From NCBI GenBank assembly GCA_965215185.1, contig OZ244034.1:2880001-2944000 (forward strand): a DNA stretch of 64,000 bases, given 5' to 3'. The notes below the pieces were generated by a model that had not been told where the DNA came from, searched no databases, and saw only the letters and a program-made list of their open reading frames with translations. Positions within the stretch are counted from its first letter, which is position 1; every line of letters begins with the position of its first letter. Positions 50,033 through 60,433 of the stretch are shown here, one piece after another. Source of the DNA: Acidimicrobiia bacterium (GTDB lineage Bacteria > Actinomycetota > Acidimicrobiia > Spongiisociales > ZC4RG35). Made by a program: the position numbers and the translations under genes.

Positions 50033-51055
50033 TCAGAATTCGCGGTTCACCAAAAAACGCCCCAAACCGTGAAGTTCTTCTGCCACCCTCGGCTCGATAT
50101 CGGCGGCGGAGAGGGCTTGCGCGGCGCGTTGCAGGCATTCTTGAGAAGCAAAGGCTGTGGCGGCTCGCCCGCCCGCCTCCTCCACGAGCGCGGCTGCTGT
50201 GGTAATGTCGTGATCACTAAGGTGCTCCCGGGCGTAGATCTCGGCCAGTAGCGCACCGGCTTTGGTGCCCGAACGCATAGCCACCGTCACCGGGATCGAC
50301 ATTTTGCGCTCCCGCAGGTCGTTACCGGCGGGTTTGCCGGTAACCGCCGGGTCTCCCCAGATACCAAGCAGATCATCCATAGCCTGAAATCCCAGCCCCA
50401 GATCTTTACCGAAACTGCGCAACGCCTCCACGGTATGGGCGGGGGCGCCAGCCAAGATCGCTCCCACTGCGCTGGCATGAGCCAGTAGGGCTCCCGTCTT
50501 CTGTGAGACCATGTCCCAGCAGTCCTCCACCTCGACAAGCTCCCGACGGTTGAAGGACATGTCCAAGTACTGGCCGGCGATCATCGCCATTGTGGCCTGC
50601 GCCAAGTCGGCCGCGGCGGCCATGTGGGCCGGTGTGGACTCCTCCAGTAACACCTGGATGGCCAAAACCATGAGTGCGTCGCCCGCGATGATGGCGTTTC
50701 CGGCCCCGAAAACCTTCCACATGGTGGACCGGTGTCGGCGTTCGGCGTCATCGTCGACGATGTCGTCATGGACGAGTGAGAAGTTGTGGACCAATTCCAC
50801 CGCCACCGCCCCGGGGAGGGCAACTTCGGGTGAAGCTCCCACCGCCTCGGCCGAAAGGAGCGCCAATGTGGGCCGAACTCCCTTGCCGTACCGCCCCTTT
50901 GGAAGGGGTAGGCCAGCGGCGTCGGCCCAGCCGAAGTGGTAGCGAGCGGGAACCGATAACTCGGGGGAGAGTCGGTCTACCGCGGCGAGGAGGGCGGGCT
51001 GGATCAAGGCGCTGGTCCGGTCCAGCACGTCGGGAATGCGGCGCTTCATGTTCAT
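50033..51055 (-). CDS. Polyprenyl diphosphate synthase (FPP/GGPP)
   Basis: GKGVRP, HDDIVDDDAERR, GQYLD, KTG, FQAMDDLLG. Confidence 0.93.
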   Translation of the reverse strand: MNMKRRIPDVLDRTSALIQPALLAAVDRLSPELSVPARYHFGWADAAGLPLPKGRYGKGVRPTLALLSAEAVGASPEVALPGAVAVELVHNFSLVHDDIVDDDAERRHRSTMWKVFGAGNAIIAGDALMVLAIQVLLEESTPAHMAAAADLAQATMAMIAGQYLDMSFNRRELVEVEDCWDMVSQKTGALLAHASAVGAILAGAPAHTVEALRSFGKDLGLGFQAMDDLLGIWGDPAVTGKPAGNDLRERKMSIPVTVAMRSGTKAGALLAEIYAREHLSDHDITTAAALVEEAGGRAATAFASQECLQRAAQALSAADIEPRVAEELHGLGRFLVNREF

Positions 51056-52398
51056 GCCGCGGCCGGGGACCGGGCGGCGAACCGGGCAGCGAGACGCCCC
51101 GCCTCAGCGCCACTGCGCACGGCCCCCTCCATGGTGGCAGGCCATCCCGTATCACACCAGGCTCCGGCCAGGTACACCCCAGGTAGAGCACACTCGGCGC
51201 CGGCGCGGAGGTGGTGAGTGCCCGGGGCGCCATAGAAAGTCGCCGCGTGTTCCCGGGTAACGATTGATTCGGTTACGGTGGCATGGGCCGCGGCGGGAAG
51301 GAGCCGAGCCAACTCGGCGCTGAAGTGCGAGATCAGTTCCGTCGAATTCCGGCCGATATAGGACTCGGCGGCCGATAAGGAGATGGCCAGACACTGGCGG
51401 CCGTCATCGAGCCCCGCCCCCTCGGTGCGGTCGAACACGAATTGCACGTCGCTTCCCACCCCCGCAAACATCTGCAACTGGGTCACGGGGCGATCGTACA
51501 CCAGGTGTACGTTTACGATTGGCGAAAGACCGAGGTCATTGAGTTGGGTCTGGTCAGGGACGCTTCGGGGCGGAAGCAGCGAATCAACCTCATCGTGAGG
51601 CACCGCCACCACCACGGAGTCGGCATTGATGGAATCGCCGTCGACCTGCACCACCAGACCACCAGAGTAGGTATGACGTACGGCTTTGACACTCGCCCGC
51701 GTCCTGACTCGGGCACCCGCCTTTTCCAACGCTCGCTGGGCGGCGTCGCCGTGTAAAGCTGACAGTGGCATCCTGGCCCAGCCGATGTCGGCGGCGGCTG
51801 CCTGGGTCAGTAACCCGGTGACGAAGACCTTGGCGGCCAGTTTCAGGGACGACTCGGCGGCCGTCACATTGACGGTGGGCAGCACCACCAAATTCCAGAA
51901 GGTTTCGATGGCGACCGCATCCTGGCCATGTTCGGTCAGCCAGTCACCGAAAGCCACCTTATCCAAGGCCGGATCTTCAGGATTCAGTCGGCGCAAGGCC
52001 CATCCCGCCCGCAGCACCCCCATCCTCTGACGAAGGCCCAGGTGGGGGTAGCTGAGCAGCGCCGGAGCCAAATGAAGTGGGGCCGGACCCATGGTCCGCC
52101 GGATGGCGCCGGACCGGCCGCCGGGCGCCAGTACCGGAATATCCAGCCGGCGCTGCAAGAATACGCCGTCAGACGAACCGATTCGCTCTAGGAAGGACAG
52201 GTAGGCGGTGCAGCACCGCAAAAAGACGTGCTGGCCGTTATCGAACCAGATACCCCGGCGTTGAAAGGACCAGGTAGCGCCACCCAGACGGGGGCGGCGC
52301 TCCAGCAGAGTCACGGCGGCGCCATGGTCGGCCGCTTCCAGTCCTGCCGCCAACCCGGCGAGGCCGCCACCTATCACCACCACCTGGCGCTTCCTCAC
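51052..52398 (-). CDS. hpnE: Hydroxysqualene dehydroxylase
   Basis: GGGLAG, DNGQHVFLRCC, SPIVNVH, TGWPATMEGAVRSG; GTGA overlap with hpnD. Confidence 0.9.
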   Translation of the reverse strand: MRKRQVVVIGGGLAGLAAGLEAADHGAAVTLLERRPRLGGATWSFQRRGIWFDNGQHVFLRCCTAYLSFLERIGSSDGVFLQRRLDIPVLAPGGRSGAIRRTMGPAPLHLAPALLSYPHLGLRQRMGVLRAGWALRRLNPEDPALDKVAFGDWLTEHGQDAVAIETFWNLVVLPTVNVTAAESSLKLAAKVFVTGLLTQAAAADIGWARMPLSALHGDAAQRALEKAGARVRTRASVKAVRHTYSGGLVVQVDGDSINADSVVVAVPHDEVDSLLPPRSVPDQTQLNDLGLSPIVNVHLVYDRPVTQLQMFAGVGSDVQFVFDRTEGAGLDDGRQCLAISLSAAESYIGRNSTELISHFSAELARLLPAAAHATVTESIVTREHAATFYGAPGTHHLRAGAECALPGVYLAGAWCDTGWPATMEGAVRSGAEAGRLAARFAARSPAAA

Positions 52399-53264
52399 GG
52401 GTTTAGTCCGGATACACAGCGGGCCACTACCAAGGCTTTTTCCCAGACCGGGAGGCTGAGGCGTCCGGTCAGCGGCTGGGTGGGTTGAGCGAGAATGCGT
52501 TTCAGTAGCCGCTGATATATACCGGCCATGGCTGCGGTGCAAGCTCGGCTGCGATAGTCCAAGAAACCCAAGAGAACCAGTCCTTGCTCGAACCAGGTCG
52601 CCGCCTGCTCTGCTACGTACCGAACCAAATCGCCGACCGGCTCGGTCGGGGCCCACTGGCCGGGAAGGACTCCGAAGCGGCTACGTTCCTCCTCGGGAAG
52701 GTAGATACGGCCCATCCGATGGTCTTCTAGGATGTCCCGCAGCATGTTGGTGAGTTGCAAGGCTACCCCCAGGTCGTCGGCCAGTTGTGGGGCTTCTTTC
52801 TGGTCTTGGGGGTAGCCCGCCTTAACGCCAAACACCCCCAGGGACAGACGGCCGACCGAACCGGCCACCAGCCGGCAGTACCGAACAGTGTCATCCATGG
52901 TTGCATAGTTTTCGCCCCACACGTCCTGCTCGCACCCCTCCACGATCTCGTGCAGGGCCGCCACAGGAATGGGATAGCGGGCCGCGGCGTGGGCGACCCC
53001 TACAACCACCGGGTCTGAAGGGTCGGACACCTCACCCTCCTCCAGCCTGTCGATCACCGAGTGGAGGTTGCTCAACTCTTCCAGCTTGCGATCTCGCGTC
53101 CAGTCGCCATCGCCGACGTCGTCGATCCGCCGGGACATGGCGTACAGGGCCGCCATGGCGTTGCGCTTGGGGGTGGGAAGAAGCCGGATACCGTAGGAGA
53201 AGTTACGCGCGTGTGTCCAGGTGATCTCTTCGCACCGACGATAGGCTGACTCGGGAGTGATCAC
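52395..53264 (-). CDS. hpnD: Presqualene diphosphate synthase
   Basis: ARNFSYGIRLL, RRIDDVGDG, YCRLVAGSVG, LQLTNMLRD, GRIYLP. Confidence 0.88.
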   Translation of the reverse strand: MITPESAYRRCEEITWTHARNFSYGIRLLPTPKRNAMAALYAMSRRIDDVGDGDWTRDRKLEELSNLHSVIDRLEEGEVSDPSDPVVVGVAHAAARYPIPVAALHEIVEGCEQDVWGENYATMDDTVRYCRLVAGSVGRLSLGVFGVKAGYPQDQKEAPQLADDLGVALQLTNMLRDILEDHRMGRIYLPEEERSRFGVLPGQWAPTEPVGDLVRYVAEQAATWFEQGLVLLGFLDYRSRACTAAMAGIYQRLLKRILAQPTQPLTGRLSLPVWEKALVVARCVSGLNP

Positions 53265-54202
53265 GGCGTCCTCCCGCTTCGCCTCCTCATTAACGCGACC
53301 AGGTACAGGGGAGCCAGGCGGCGAAGGAGTCGCAGGGCCCCCGCTCGGCGGGTACCGCCCAGCACATCGAATCGGGAGGCTTCGATGGCGTCCAGCCCCG
53401 CCATGCCTCCTGCAACAAACCCGGCGATGGCCAGGCGGGGATAGCCCCGTAATGAAGCCACCAGCCACTTGCCTTTCTCTATGAGTTCGCGGGCGCGGCC
53501 CGTTTCGTAGGCCACCAGGTCCCGCAGGTTCTGGCCGGCCACGGGGGCCAGTAGGTCTTCGGGTTTGCATCCAAAACGCCTCATGTCATCGCCCGGCAGG
53601 TAGATGCGTCCCGCCCCGGCGTCTTCGCCCACATCCTGAAGGTGTTCCAGAACCTGCAGGCCACTGCACACGGCATCCGAGGCGGCCAGGCGGTCTTCGG
53701 TAGCCGACTCGAAAACAGCCAGCACCATGTGCCCCACGGGGTTCGCCGACAACTCGCAGTATTCCATTAACTCTGCCCAACTGGAGCAGGTCTTCTTATG
53801 CTGGTCCAGTCGGTTGGCGGCCAGCAGTTTATCGAAAGGAGTACGGGATAACCCGAAGCGGGCCACGGTGGGGGCCAATTGGCGGAAAAGCGGATGGGAG
53901 GGAGTCCCGGCGAATAGGTCGTTGAGTTGTGCTTGAAGCCAATCAAGCGCCGCAAAGCGGTCGCCTGGGTACTCATCACCTAGGTTGTCGGTGAGACGGG
54001 CGTAGCTGTAGATCGCCTGTAGGTGTTGTTGTAGATCGGCGGGCAGAATTCGAAGCGCCACGGGAAAGTTTTCTCCGGCGGCCCGTGACATAACGGCGTC
54101 AAGAGCGGCAAACTCCTCAATCGCTTGGGCGCGCGCCTGATGGTGGTCCGGCGGTGAAGCGCTCACCGTTTGAATCCGGTTCGCTGAGTTTTGAACGAAC
54201 AC
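53261..54202 (-). CDS. hpnC: Hydroxysqualene synthase
   Basis: GENFPVA, ARLTDNLGDE, YCELSANPVG, EHLQDVGED, GRIYLP. Confidence 0.88.
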   Translation of the reverse strand: MFVQNSANRIQTVSASPPDHHQARAQAIEEFAALDAVMSRAAGENFPVALRILPADLQQHLQAIYSYARLTDNLGDEYPGDRFAALDWLQAQLNDLFAGTPSHPLFRQLAPTVARFGLSRTPFDKLLAANRLDQHKKTCSSWAELMEYCELSANPVGHMVLAVFESATEDRLAASDAVCSGLQVLEHLQDVGEDAGAGRIYLPGDDMRRFGCKPEDLLAPVAGQNLRDLVAYETGRARELIEKGKWLVASLRGYPRLAIAGFVAGGMAGLDAIEASRFDVLGGTRRAGALRLLRRLAPLYLVALMRRRSGRTP

Positions 54203-54499
54203 CTCACCCCCGCCCCCGCGTGCACAGTGGGGTTAGCTAAAAGGATGTTTTTTCTCCACGAGAGGCCCAATCAACAATAGCGGCTGTTCCCGAATCGGGC
54301 TGGTGGTATGCCTGGTGACAGGTGGTCGGATGAGGCAAGGCAACGAGCCACACCTCTGACCGGGCCGGATTCACAAATTCCCATCCCACCTACCCACTGG
54401 CTCGTTTATTCTGGGCGCAGGGACATCGGAATGGGTAGGGTTGCTCTAACCCGAAGCGACCTTCGGGGGCCCTTTTGACCGCCGGCTGATGGTTTTGCT

Positions 54500-55186
54500 A
54501 TGAAGATTTCAATAATCACCATTTTTCCTGATTACTTTCCTCAGGCGCTGGGTGTGGGAATCCTGGGCCGGGCAATGGAGGCCGGTCTGATCGAAGTCGA
54601 GTTGATCGACTTGCGGGAATATACAAGGGGGGCGCACCGGGCGGTGGACGACTCCCCATTCGGTGGAGGAGCGGGAATGGTGATGATGCCGGAGCCCTTG
54701 GCCAAGGCGCTTGATCCTCTGGCGGACAGTCACCGGGTGTTGTTCGCGCCTGTGGGAAGGCGCCTTAAGCAATCGATGCTCGATCGGTGGTCAAAGCTCG
54801 ATCACCTGACCTTGGTGTGTGGCCGCTATGAGGGAGTGGATGAGCGGATACCCGAACACTTCATTGATGAAGAGGCGTCAGTGGGTGATTATGTGTTGGC
54901 GGGCGGGGAGGTGGCGGCCCTGCTGGTCATCGAAGGGGTGGCTCGTCTGCTGCCCGAGGCGGTGGGGAATCCAAATTCGGTGGTGTTCGAATCGTTCCGG
55001 GAGGGTTTTTTGGAGGAGCCGGTCTACACCCGCCCTGCCGTCTTTCGGGGCTGGTCGGTGCCGCAGGTGCTGCTGTCAGGTGACCATCAGCGAATTGCAG
55101 AATGGAGGGCCACTCAAAGAAGAGAGCGGACCCGTAGCAGGCGACCGGACTTGTGGCAGGGGGAAAGTGATTCTGAACAGTGGTAA
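54500..55186 (+). CDS. trmD: tRNA (guanine37-N1)-methyltransferase
   Basis: VDDSPFGGGAGM, CGRYEGVDER, GDYVLAGGE, LLSGDH. Confidence 0.97.
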   Translation: MKISIITIFPDYFPQALGVGILGRAMEAGLIEVELIDLREYTRGAHRAVDDSPFGGGAGMVMMPEPLAKALDPLADSHRVLFAPVGRRLKQSMLDRWSKLDHLTLVCGRYEGVDERIPEHFIDEEASVGDYVLAGGEVAALLVIEGVARLLPEAVGNPNSVVFESFREGFLEEPVYTRPAVFRGWSVPQVLLSGDHQRIAEWRATQRRERTRSRRPDLWQGESDSEQW

Positions 55187-55247
55187 GATACAGGTTTGGC
55201 GAATGCCACCATCACTTTTTCTCTATCAGACACGAACAGGTTAAGAC

Positions 55248-55592
55248 ATGAACGACATCCAATTGCTTGAACAAAACTATCTGCGGGACGACATACCTGA
55301 CTTCAGGCCGGGCGACACCGTTCGAGTGCATGTTCGCGTCATGGAGGCCGGTCGGGAGAGAGTACAGGTTTTCGAGGGAGTGGTGATAGGTCGAAGCGGG
55401 GGAGGTTTGCAGGAGACTTTCACTGTTCGCAAGATCAGTTTCGGGATAGGGGTGGAGCGCATCTTCCCCGTTCATGCTCCCATCTTGAGCCGGATTGAAG
55501 TTAGGCGTAAGGGTCTGGTTCGCAGAGCGAAGCTCAATTACTTGCGGGACCGGTCGGGCAAGTCGGCCCGGATCAAAGAGAGACGCGACTGA
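55248..55592 (+). CDS. rplS: 50S ribosomal protein L19
   Basis: [32 protein letters not shown]. Confidence 0.98.
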   Translation: MNDIQLLEQNYLRDDIPDFRPGDTVRVHVRVMEAGRERVQVFEGVVIGRSGGGLQETFTVRKISFGIGVERIFPVHAPILSRIEVRRKGLVRRAKLNYLRDRSGKSARIKERRD

Positions 55593-55711
55593 CCGAGATA
55601 CCACCCAAAGGAGATCTACCGGCTCTCGTTGTCGAAGAGTCGGCGGAGCCGGCGGAAAACAATCACCCGGTAGCCTCGCCCCCGCCTCCGAAGGGCCGGG
55701 TCAGGTCGGCG

Positions 55712-56275
55712 GTGATAGAAATGGCCGTGTTGCTGTTAGGGGCGGTAATTCTGGCGGTGTTGATCAAAGCCCTGTTCATCCAGCCATTCGAAATACCCTC
55801 ACTGTCCATGCATCCCACCCTACAGGTGGGAGATCGCGTGATGGTCTCCAAAGTCAGCTATTGGTTCGGGGAATCTGGCCGAGGAGATGTGGTGGTGTTC
55901 ACGCCTCCCGGTCGTGTCAAGCCCGATCGGAATCCCCTGGAGACAGTGTGGCACGAAGTCAGGCAGGCGTTCGGCTGGTACGACATCTCCGAGGCGGACC
56001 TTATCAAGAGGGTGGTGGCCACCGAGGGGGACCTCATCGAGGTCCGCGATCGTGAGGTTTGGGTAAATGGAGAGCTTTTGGATGAGCCATATCTGGGTTC
56101 TTCCACCCAGGGGGACTTCTTCACGGTAGAGGTGGAAGAAGACCATCTCTTCCTAATGGGGGACAACCGAGGCAAGTCTTCCGACAGCCGGGCATTTGGA
56201 ACAGTCCACCAGAACAATGTGGTTGGCAAAGCGGTCTTCCGTATCTGGCCTTTCAGTCGCCTGGGCGGGATTTAG
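55712..56275 (+). CDS. lepB: Signal peptidase I (could start at CTG 55589 overlapping the rplS stop)
   Basis: IPSLSMHPTL, LIKRVV, MGDNR..SSDSR. Confidence 0.95.
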   Translation: MIEMAVLLLGAVILAVLIKALFIQPFEIPSLSMHPTLQVGDRVMVSKVSYWFGESGRGDVVVFTPPGRVKPDRNPLETVWHEVRQAFGWYDISEADLIKRVVATEGDLIEVRDREVWVNGELLDEPYLGSSTQGDFFTVEVEEDHLFLMGDNRGKSSDSRAFGTVHQNNVVGKAVFRIWPFSRLGGI

Positions 56276-56364
56276 CGAACACCCCTTTCCGGGTTCTGCC
56301 GGGCGGTTGAGGCAAATGCAGATGGCGAATCGAGGGTGGATAAGCTACCCCTTAAGATGCTCCT

Positions 56365-56683
56365 CCCCGAAGAGACCCGGTTGGGACTGTGACAAGGCCG
56401 CGAGGAACGGTCCAGGAGCCCGGCTTCGCCTTCCTCCCGCCAACGTTTCACCCATCGGTAGGCAGTCTGCCGTGAAACGCCCATCGCCTGGGGGGCGTGG
56501 GCCACCGGCCATCCCTGCGTCAGGATCCGTTCTACCAACAGTTTCCGTCCTTTGGGTGTCAACTTCGCTCTAGAGTGTCCCATGAGGGTCTCCCCCTTGA
56601 CTCGCCGGATTTCACACCCACGAATCAAACCAGGAGGCCCTCACTCATCCAAGCATCTGTCAACAACCTCTGTGGGAAGTACA
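56365..56683 (-). mobile_element. IS481-family remnant: left end plus N-terminal ~70 aa of transposase (ATG 56583)
   Basis: Terminus TGTACTTCCCACAGAGGTTGTTGACA (56683-56658) next to GCTAGA. MGHSRAKLTPKGRKLLVERI..GVSRQTAYRWVKRW..GL.DRSSRP..SP. The DDE domain is absent. Confidence 0.85.
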
Positions 56684-56684
56684 T

Positions 56685-56798
56685 CTAGCCAGAGAAAAGA
56701 GCCCAGAGGACCGCGGCGGCGGTGACCACGAGGGCACCGATCACCATTACGATGTCGCCGGTGGTCTTGCGATGCGGGCGGAAGGGATTGAAGCCCAT
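56685..56798 (-). CDS. 37-aa single-pass small membrane protein (MGFNPFRPHRKTTGDIVMVIGALVVTAAAVLWALFSG)
   Basis: ATG..TAG ORF below the track cutoff; basic N-terminus plus one TM helix; TACCTT -10 box 9 nt upstream. Confidence 0.65.
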   Translation of the reverse strand: MGFNPFRPHRKTTGDIVMVIGALVVTAAAVLWALFSG

Positions 56799-56838
56799 CT
56801 GAAACTCAAGGTAGCGCGTCGCTTTACCCTATGGAAAT

Positions 56839-57615
56839 ATGTGGCTCGAAACCGAAGACCGTGGACCTGTCCGTTGGCTGTGGCTGAATCGCCCCTTCCG
56901 CAAGAATGCGATTCCTCCGGAAGGGTGGAAGGACCTCCAGCAGGCTTTCGTGGATATTGAGCGTTCCCCGCAGCGGGTGCTGGTGATATCGGGACGAGGG
57001 GGTGATTTTTGTGCGGGCGCCGATCTCGACCCTTCTGCTGGTTCCCGGTTCCCAGGAGTGGTCGATGCCCAGAACCGCATGAAGGTGGTGGGGGACACGG
57101 CCTTGGCGCTGCGGCGGTTGACCAAGCCCACGCTGGCCGCGGTGGATGGAGTGGCAGTCGGAGCGGGAATGAGCCTCGCCTTGGGATGTGACGTGGTGAT
57201 CGCCACCCATCGGGCCCGATTCTCGGCCATTTTCTCGCGCCGGGGTTTGAGTTTGGATATGGGTCTGACTTGGCTTCTTCCCCGGTTGGTGGGTGCCCAG
57301 TTCGCCAAGGAATTGGCGCTCTCGGGACGAATGGTCTCTGCCGCCGAGGCGCTGCAAAAAGGTCTGGTGTGGGATGTGGTTGAAGAAGAAGGGCTGGAAG
57401 AACGCGCCTCCGCCGTGGCGGAGGGGTTTCTGCGGGGAGCTCCGGTGGCACAGATGTTCATCAAGCAAGGGCTGGACCGCTCTTGGGAATTGTCTTTGGA
57501 GGAGGTCACCGCTTGGGAAGGACAGGCCCAGGCGATCTGTCTAGGCACCGATGACCACCGTGAGGGCGTGGAAGCATTCCTGGAGAAGCGACCCCCTCGT
57601 TTCCGGGGTTCCTGA
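56839..57615 (+). CDS. Enoyl-CoA hydratase/isomerase family protein
   Basis: LNRP..KNAI, FCAGAD, GVAVGAG, DHREGVEAFLEKR. Confidence 0.93.
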   Translation: MWLETEDRGPVRWLWLNRPFRKNAIPPEGWKDLQQAFVDIERSPQRVLVISGRGGDFCAGADLDPSAGSRFPGVVDAQNRMKVVGDTALALRRLTKPTLAAVDGVAVGAGMSLALGCDVVIATHRARFSAIFSRRGLSLDMGLTWLLPRLVGAQFAKELALSGRMVSAAEALQKGLVWDVVEEEGLEERASAVAEGFLRGAPVAQMFIKQGLDRSWELSLEEVTAWEGQAQAICLGTDDHREGVEAFLEKRPPRFRGS

Positions 57616-57726
57616 CTCCAGATCCGCCGAAACCGGACGAGCTTGTGATTCAAGGCGTTGAATCGCGCAAGAATCTCGGGGAGAGGAGATAGCCAACTCG
57701 CTGGCATTTGGCGCATAGTGGAGGGA

Positions 57727-59212
57727 TGAGTATCAGAGTCTTATCGGCAGCGATGGTGGGGGTGGAGCCTCGGCCCGTGCATGTCGAAGTGCACCTGGGG
57801 AAAACCAATTCCAAATTTGGGCTGGTGGGTTTGCCTGACACGGCGGTGAGAGAAGCCCAGTACCGGGTGAAGGCCGCGATGGCTTCGTCAGGGTATTGAG
57901 ATGCTCCGCAGCGAAGTTACCGTGAACCTGGCCCCGGCCGACCTTCCCAAAGCCGGCTCCGCATTTGATCTTCCCATTTCTCTGGGTGTCTTAATCGCTG
58001 ACGGAAAGGTGTCGATGCAAGACACCGGGGTGGTGGCGGTGGGAGAGTTGGCTTTGGATGTGCGGGCCTCCCGGGGAGTATTGGGGGCGGCTTTGGTGGC
58101 TGCCCGACGGGGGTTTCCCTCCCTGGTTCCCGATGTGGACCTGTATCCGGTGGGACGACTATCCGAGGCGATGGGCGCATTGGAGGGCCGCATCGAACCT
58201 GCACTTCCTTGAGAGGTGAAGGCTCCCTCCACTCCGATCCCTGATCTGGCGGATGTACGCGGGCAGCAGTTTGCCCGACGCGGACTGCAGATAGCCGCCG
58301 TCGGCCGTCATCATCTGCTCATGTTCGGATCTCCCGGTATGGGAAAGACCATGTTGGCCAAACGTCTTCCCGGGATCCTTCCTCCTTTCGGAAAGAACGA
58401 AGAGCTGGAAGTGGCCTGCGTGTGGGCAGTGGGTCACCGCCGTCGACCGGTCTCGGTCCGCCCCTTCCGCGCTCCCCATCACACTGTCTCGGTAGCGGGA
58501 CTGGGGGGCGGGAGCGGATTCCCGTGCCGGGCGATCTCTCTCTGGCTCACAACGGCGTCCTCTTCCTAGACGAACTGGGGGAGTTTCCCGCCCACCTCAT
58601 CGACGCGCTTCGACAACCTTTGGAAGAGGGATCTGTGACCATAACCCGGAAGGGAATTTCAGCCCGTTTTCCCTGCCGCACCATGGTGATTGCGGCGACC
58701 AATCCCTGCCCGTGTGGCTGGAGCACCGACACTGTGAAGCAATGCAGGTGCTCACCCGCTTCGGTGGATCGTTATCGCCGGCGGCTTTCGGGCCCCTTGT
58801 TGGACCGTTTCGATGTGCGGGTGTTTCTGGGGCGTATGGAGACCGATGAGTTGACCGGCGCACCCGGCGAGCGCATGTGCGGGTGTTTCTGGGGCGTATG
58901 GAGACCGATGAGTTGACCGGCGCACCCGGCGAGCGCAGTGCGGTGGTGCGCAAAAGAGTGGAAAGTGCCAGGGCGATGCAAATGGGGAGGGGCGCCCTGA
59001 ACGGAGACTTATCTTCCTCGACCCTCGGCTCACTGCCTTGGAGCAAGGAGGCCAAGCGGGTGCTTACGGGCAACCTCGACCGGGGAAATCTCACCGGCAG
59101 AGGATACGATCGGGTACGCAGGGTGTCGAGAACCCTTGCCGACTTGGGAGAATCCGAGCGGGTGGAGGCCATCCACGTTCTGGAGGCGCTTTCCTACCGG
59201 ACGGGCTTTTAA
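57727..59212 (+). pseudogene. comM: ComM/YifB Mg-chelatase-like AAA ATPase, multiply disrupted
   Basis: Motifs VGLPDTAVRE, NLAPADLPK, GSPGMGKT, RAPHH, LAHNGVLFLDE, NPCPCG and LSGPLLDRFD are spread over several frames: frameshift ~57897, in-frame TGA 58210, frameshift ~58505, 62-bp duplication. Confidence 0.9.
58813..58936 (+). repeat. Perfect 62-bp tandem duplication inside comM
   Basis: ATGTGCGGGTG...CGGCGAGCGC at 58813-58874 and 58875-58936. Confidence 0.95.
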
Positions 59213-59214
59213 GT

Positions 59215-60238
59215 TTGTCCAGGCCTTTGGCCCCGTACTTTTCCCAAGGGCTTCGGCTGGCGTTTTCGGGAATGCACCCCCGACGCATTCAGTCCTTGGT
59301 GGAAAAGGCCGGTGATCCGGCCGCGCGGGAGGCGTTAGGAGTCGGCGCCGAGCAGCGGATGGCTGAACTCCGAGTTGCGGGAGTTTCGGTGATGCTGTTT
59401 GGCGCGGATGAATACCCTCCGTGGCTGGCCACCATCCCCGACTCACCAGATTTGTTGTTTGTCAGGGGCAGTCTTCCCACCCTCGCCGGTGTGGCGGTAG
59501 TGGGATCGAGGCGGGCGACCCGCTACGGTCCCAATTTGGCCAAGACGATGGGCGGGGCGATGGGAAGGCAGGGGGTGACAGTGGTGAGCGGATTGGCGCG
59601 GGGAATAGACGGGGCGGTTCATCAGGGGGTGGTGGAGACGGGAGGAACGAGGAGTGGCGGTGCTGGGCTCGGGTCCTGACCGATGGTATCCGGCCAGCCA
59701 CCGACGACTGGGGGAGGCGTTGCTGAAGTGTGGCGGAGCAGTGGTGACTGAATATCCGCCGGGGACCATCCCCGAGCCTTGGCGGTTTCCTGTCCGGAAT
59801 CGGATTATCACCGGCTTGTCCCGAGTGGTCTTGGTGGTAGAGGCGGCGGTGGGCGGAGGAGCCCTGATCAGCGCTCGGTTGGGTCTGGAGCAGGGACGGG
59901 AGGTTCTGGCCATCCCCGGGGACATTGATCGAGCCACCTCCGGAGGTTGCAACGAATTGATCCGAGACGGCTCCATGCCGGTGCTGGGAACGGCGGAACT
60001 GCTGGAATTCCTGGAGATGGAAGGCATCCTCGCCCCACCAACGGTTAATCGGGAAGATCCGATGTCGCCGAGTGCGAACCAGGATCTGGAAGAGGCAATC
60101 GGAGAGACCGGCGCCACGGTAGAGACCCTGGGCGACCGGCTGGGATGGCCCCTCTCCCGGCTGCTGGTGGAACTCGGCAAGCTGGAGTCGGAGGGACGGA
60201 TGGTGAGAGAAGGCGCGGTCATCCGTCTGACAATGTGA
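59215..60238 (+). pseudogene. dprA: DNA processing protein DprA, frameshifted at ~59650
   Basis: AVVGSRRATRYG and VVSGLARGID in one frame; AVLGSG, FPVRNRII, GCNELIRDG and the wHTH tail in another. Confidence 0.85.
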
Positions 60239-60433
60239 TTTCCTGATGACGGACAGAGTGCAATGCCAACCCAGAGATTGCTGAATCGTCCAATCCCTGG
60301 CTGGTCACGACCCACTGGGGGAGTGCACCTCTCGTAGCCTCTCAAGGCATTTCGCCCCCGGGTGGTGGAATGAACTTTCCGGAAATGAGGAAATCCTCGT
60401 CACCGGCAGGAGGGGGTTCATAGCATTGGAGGT

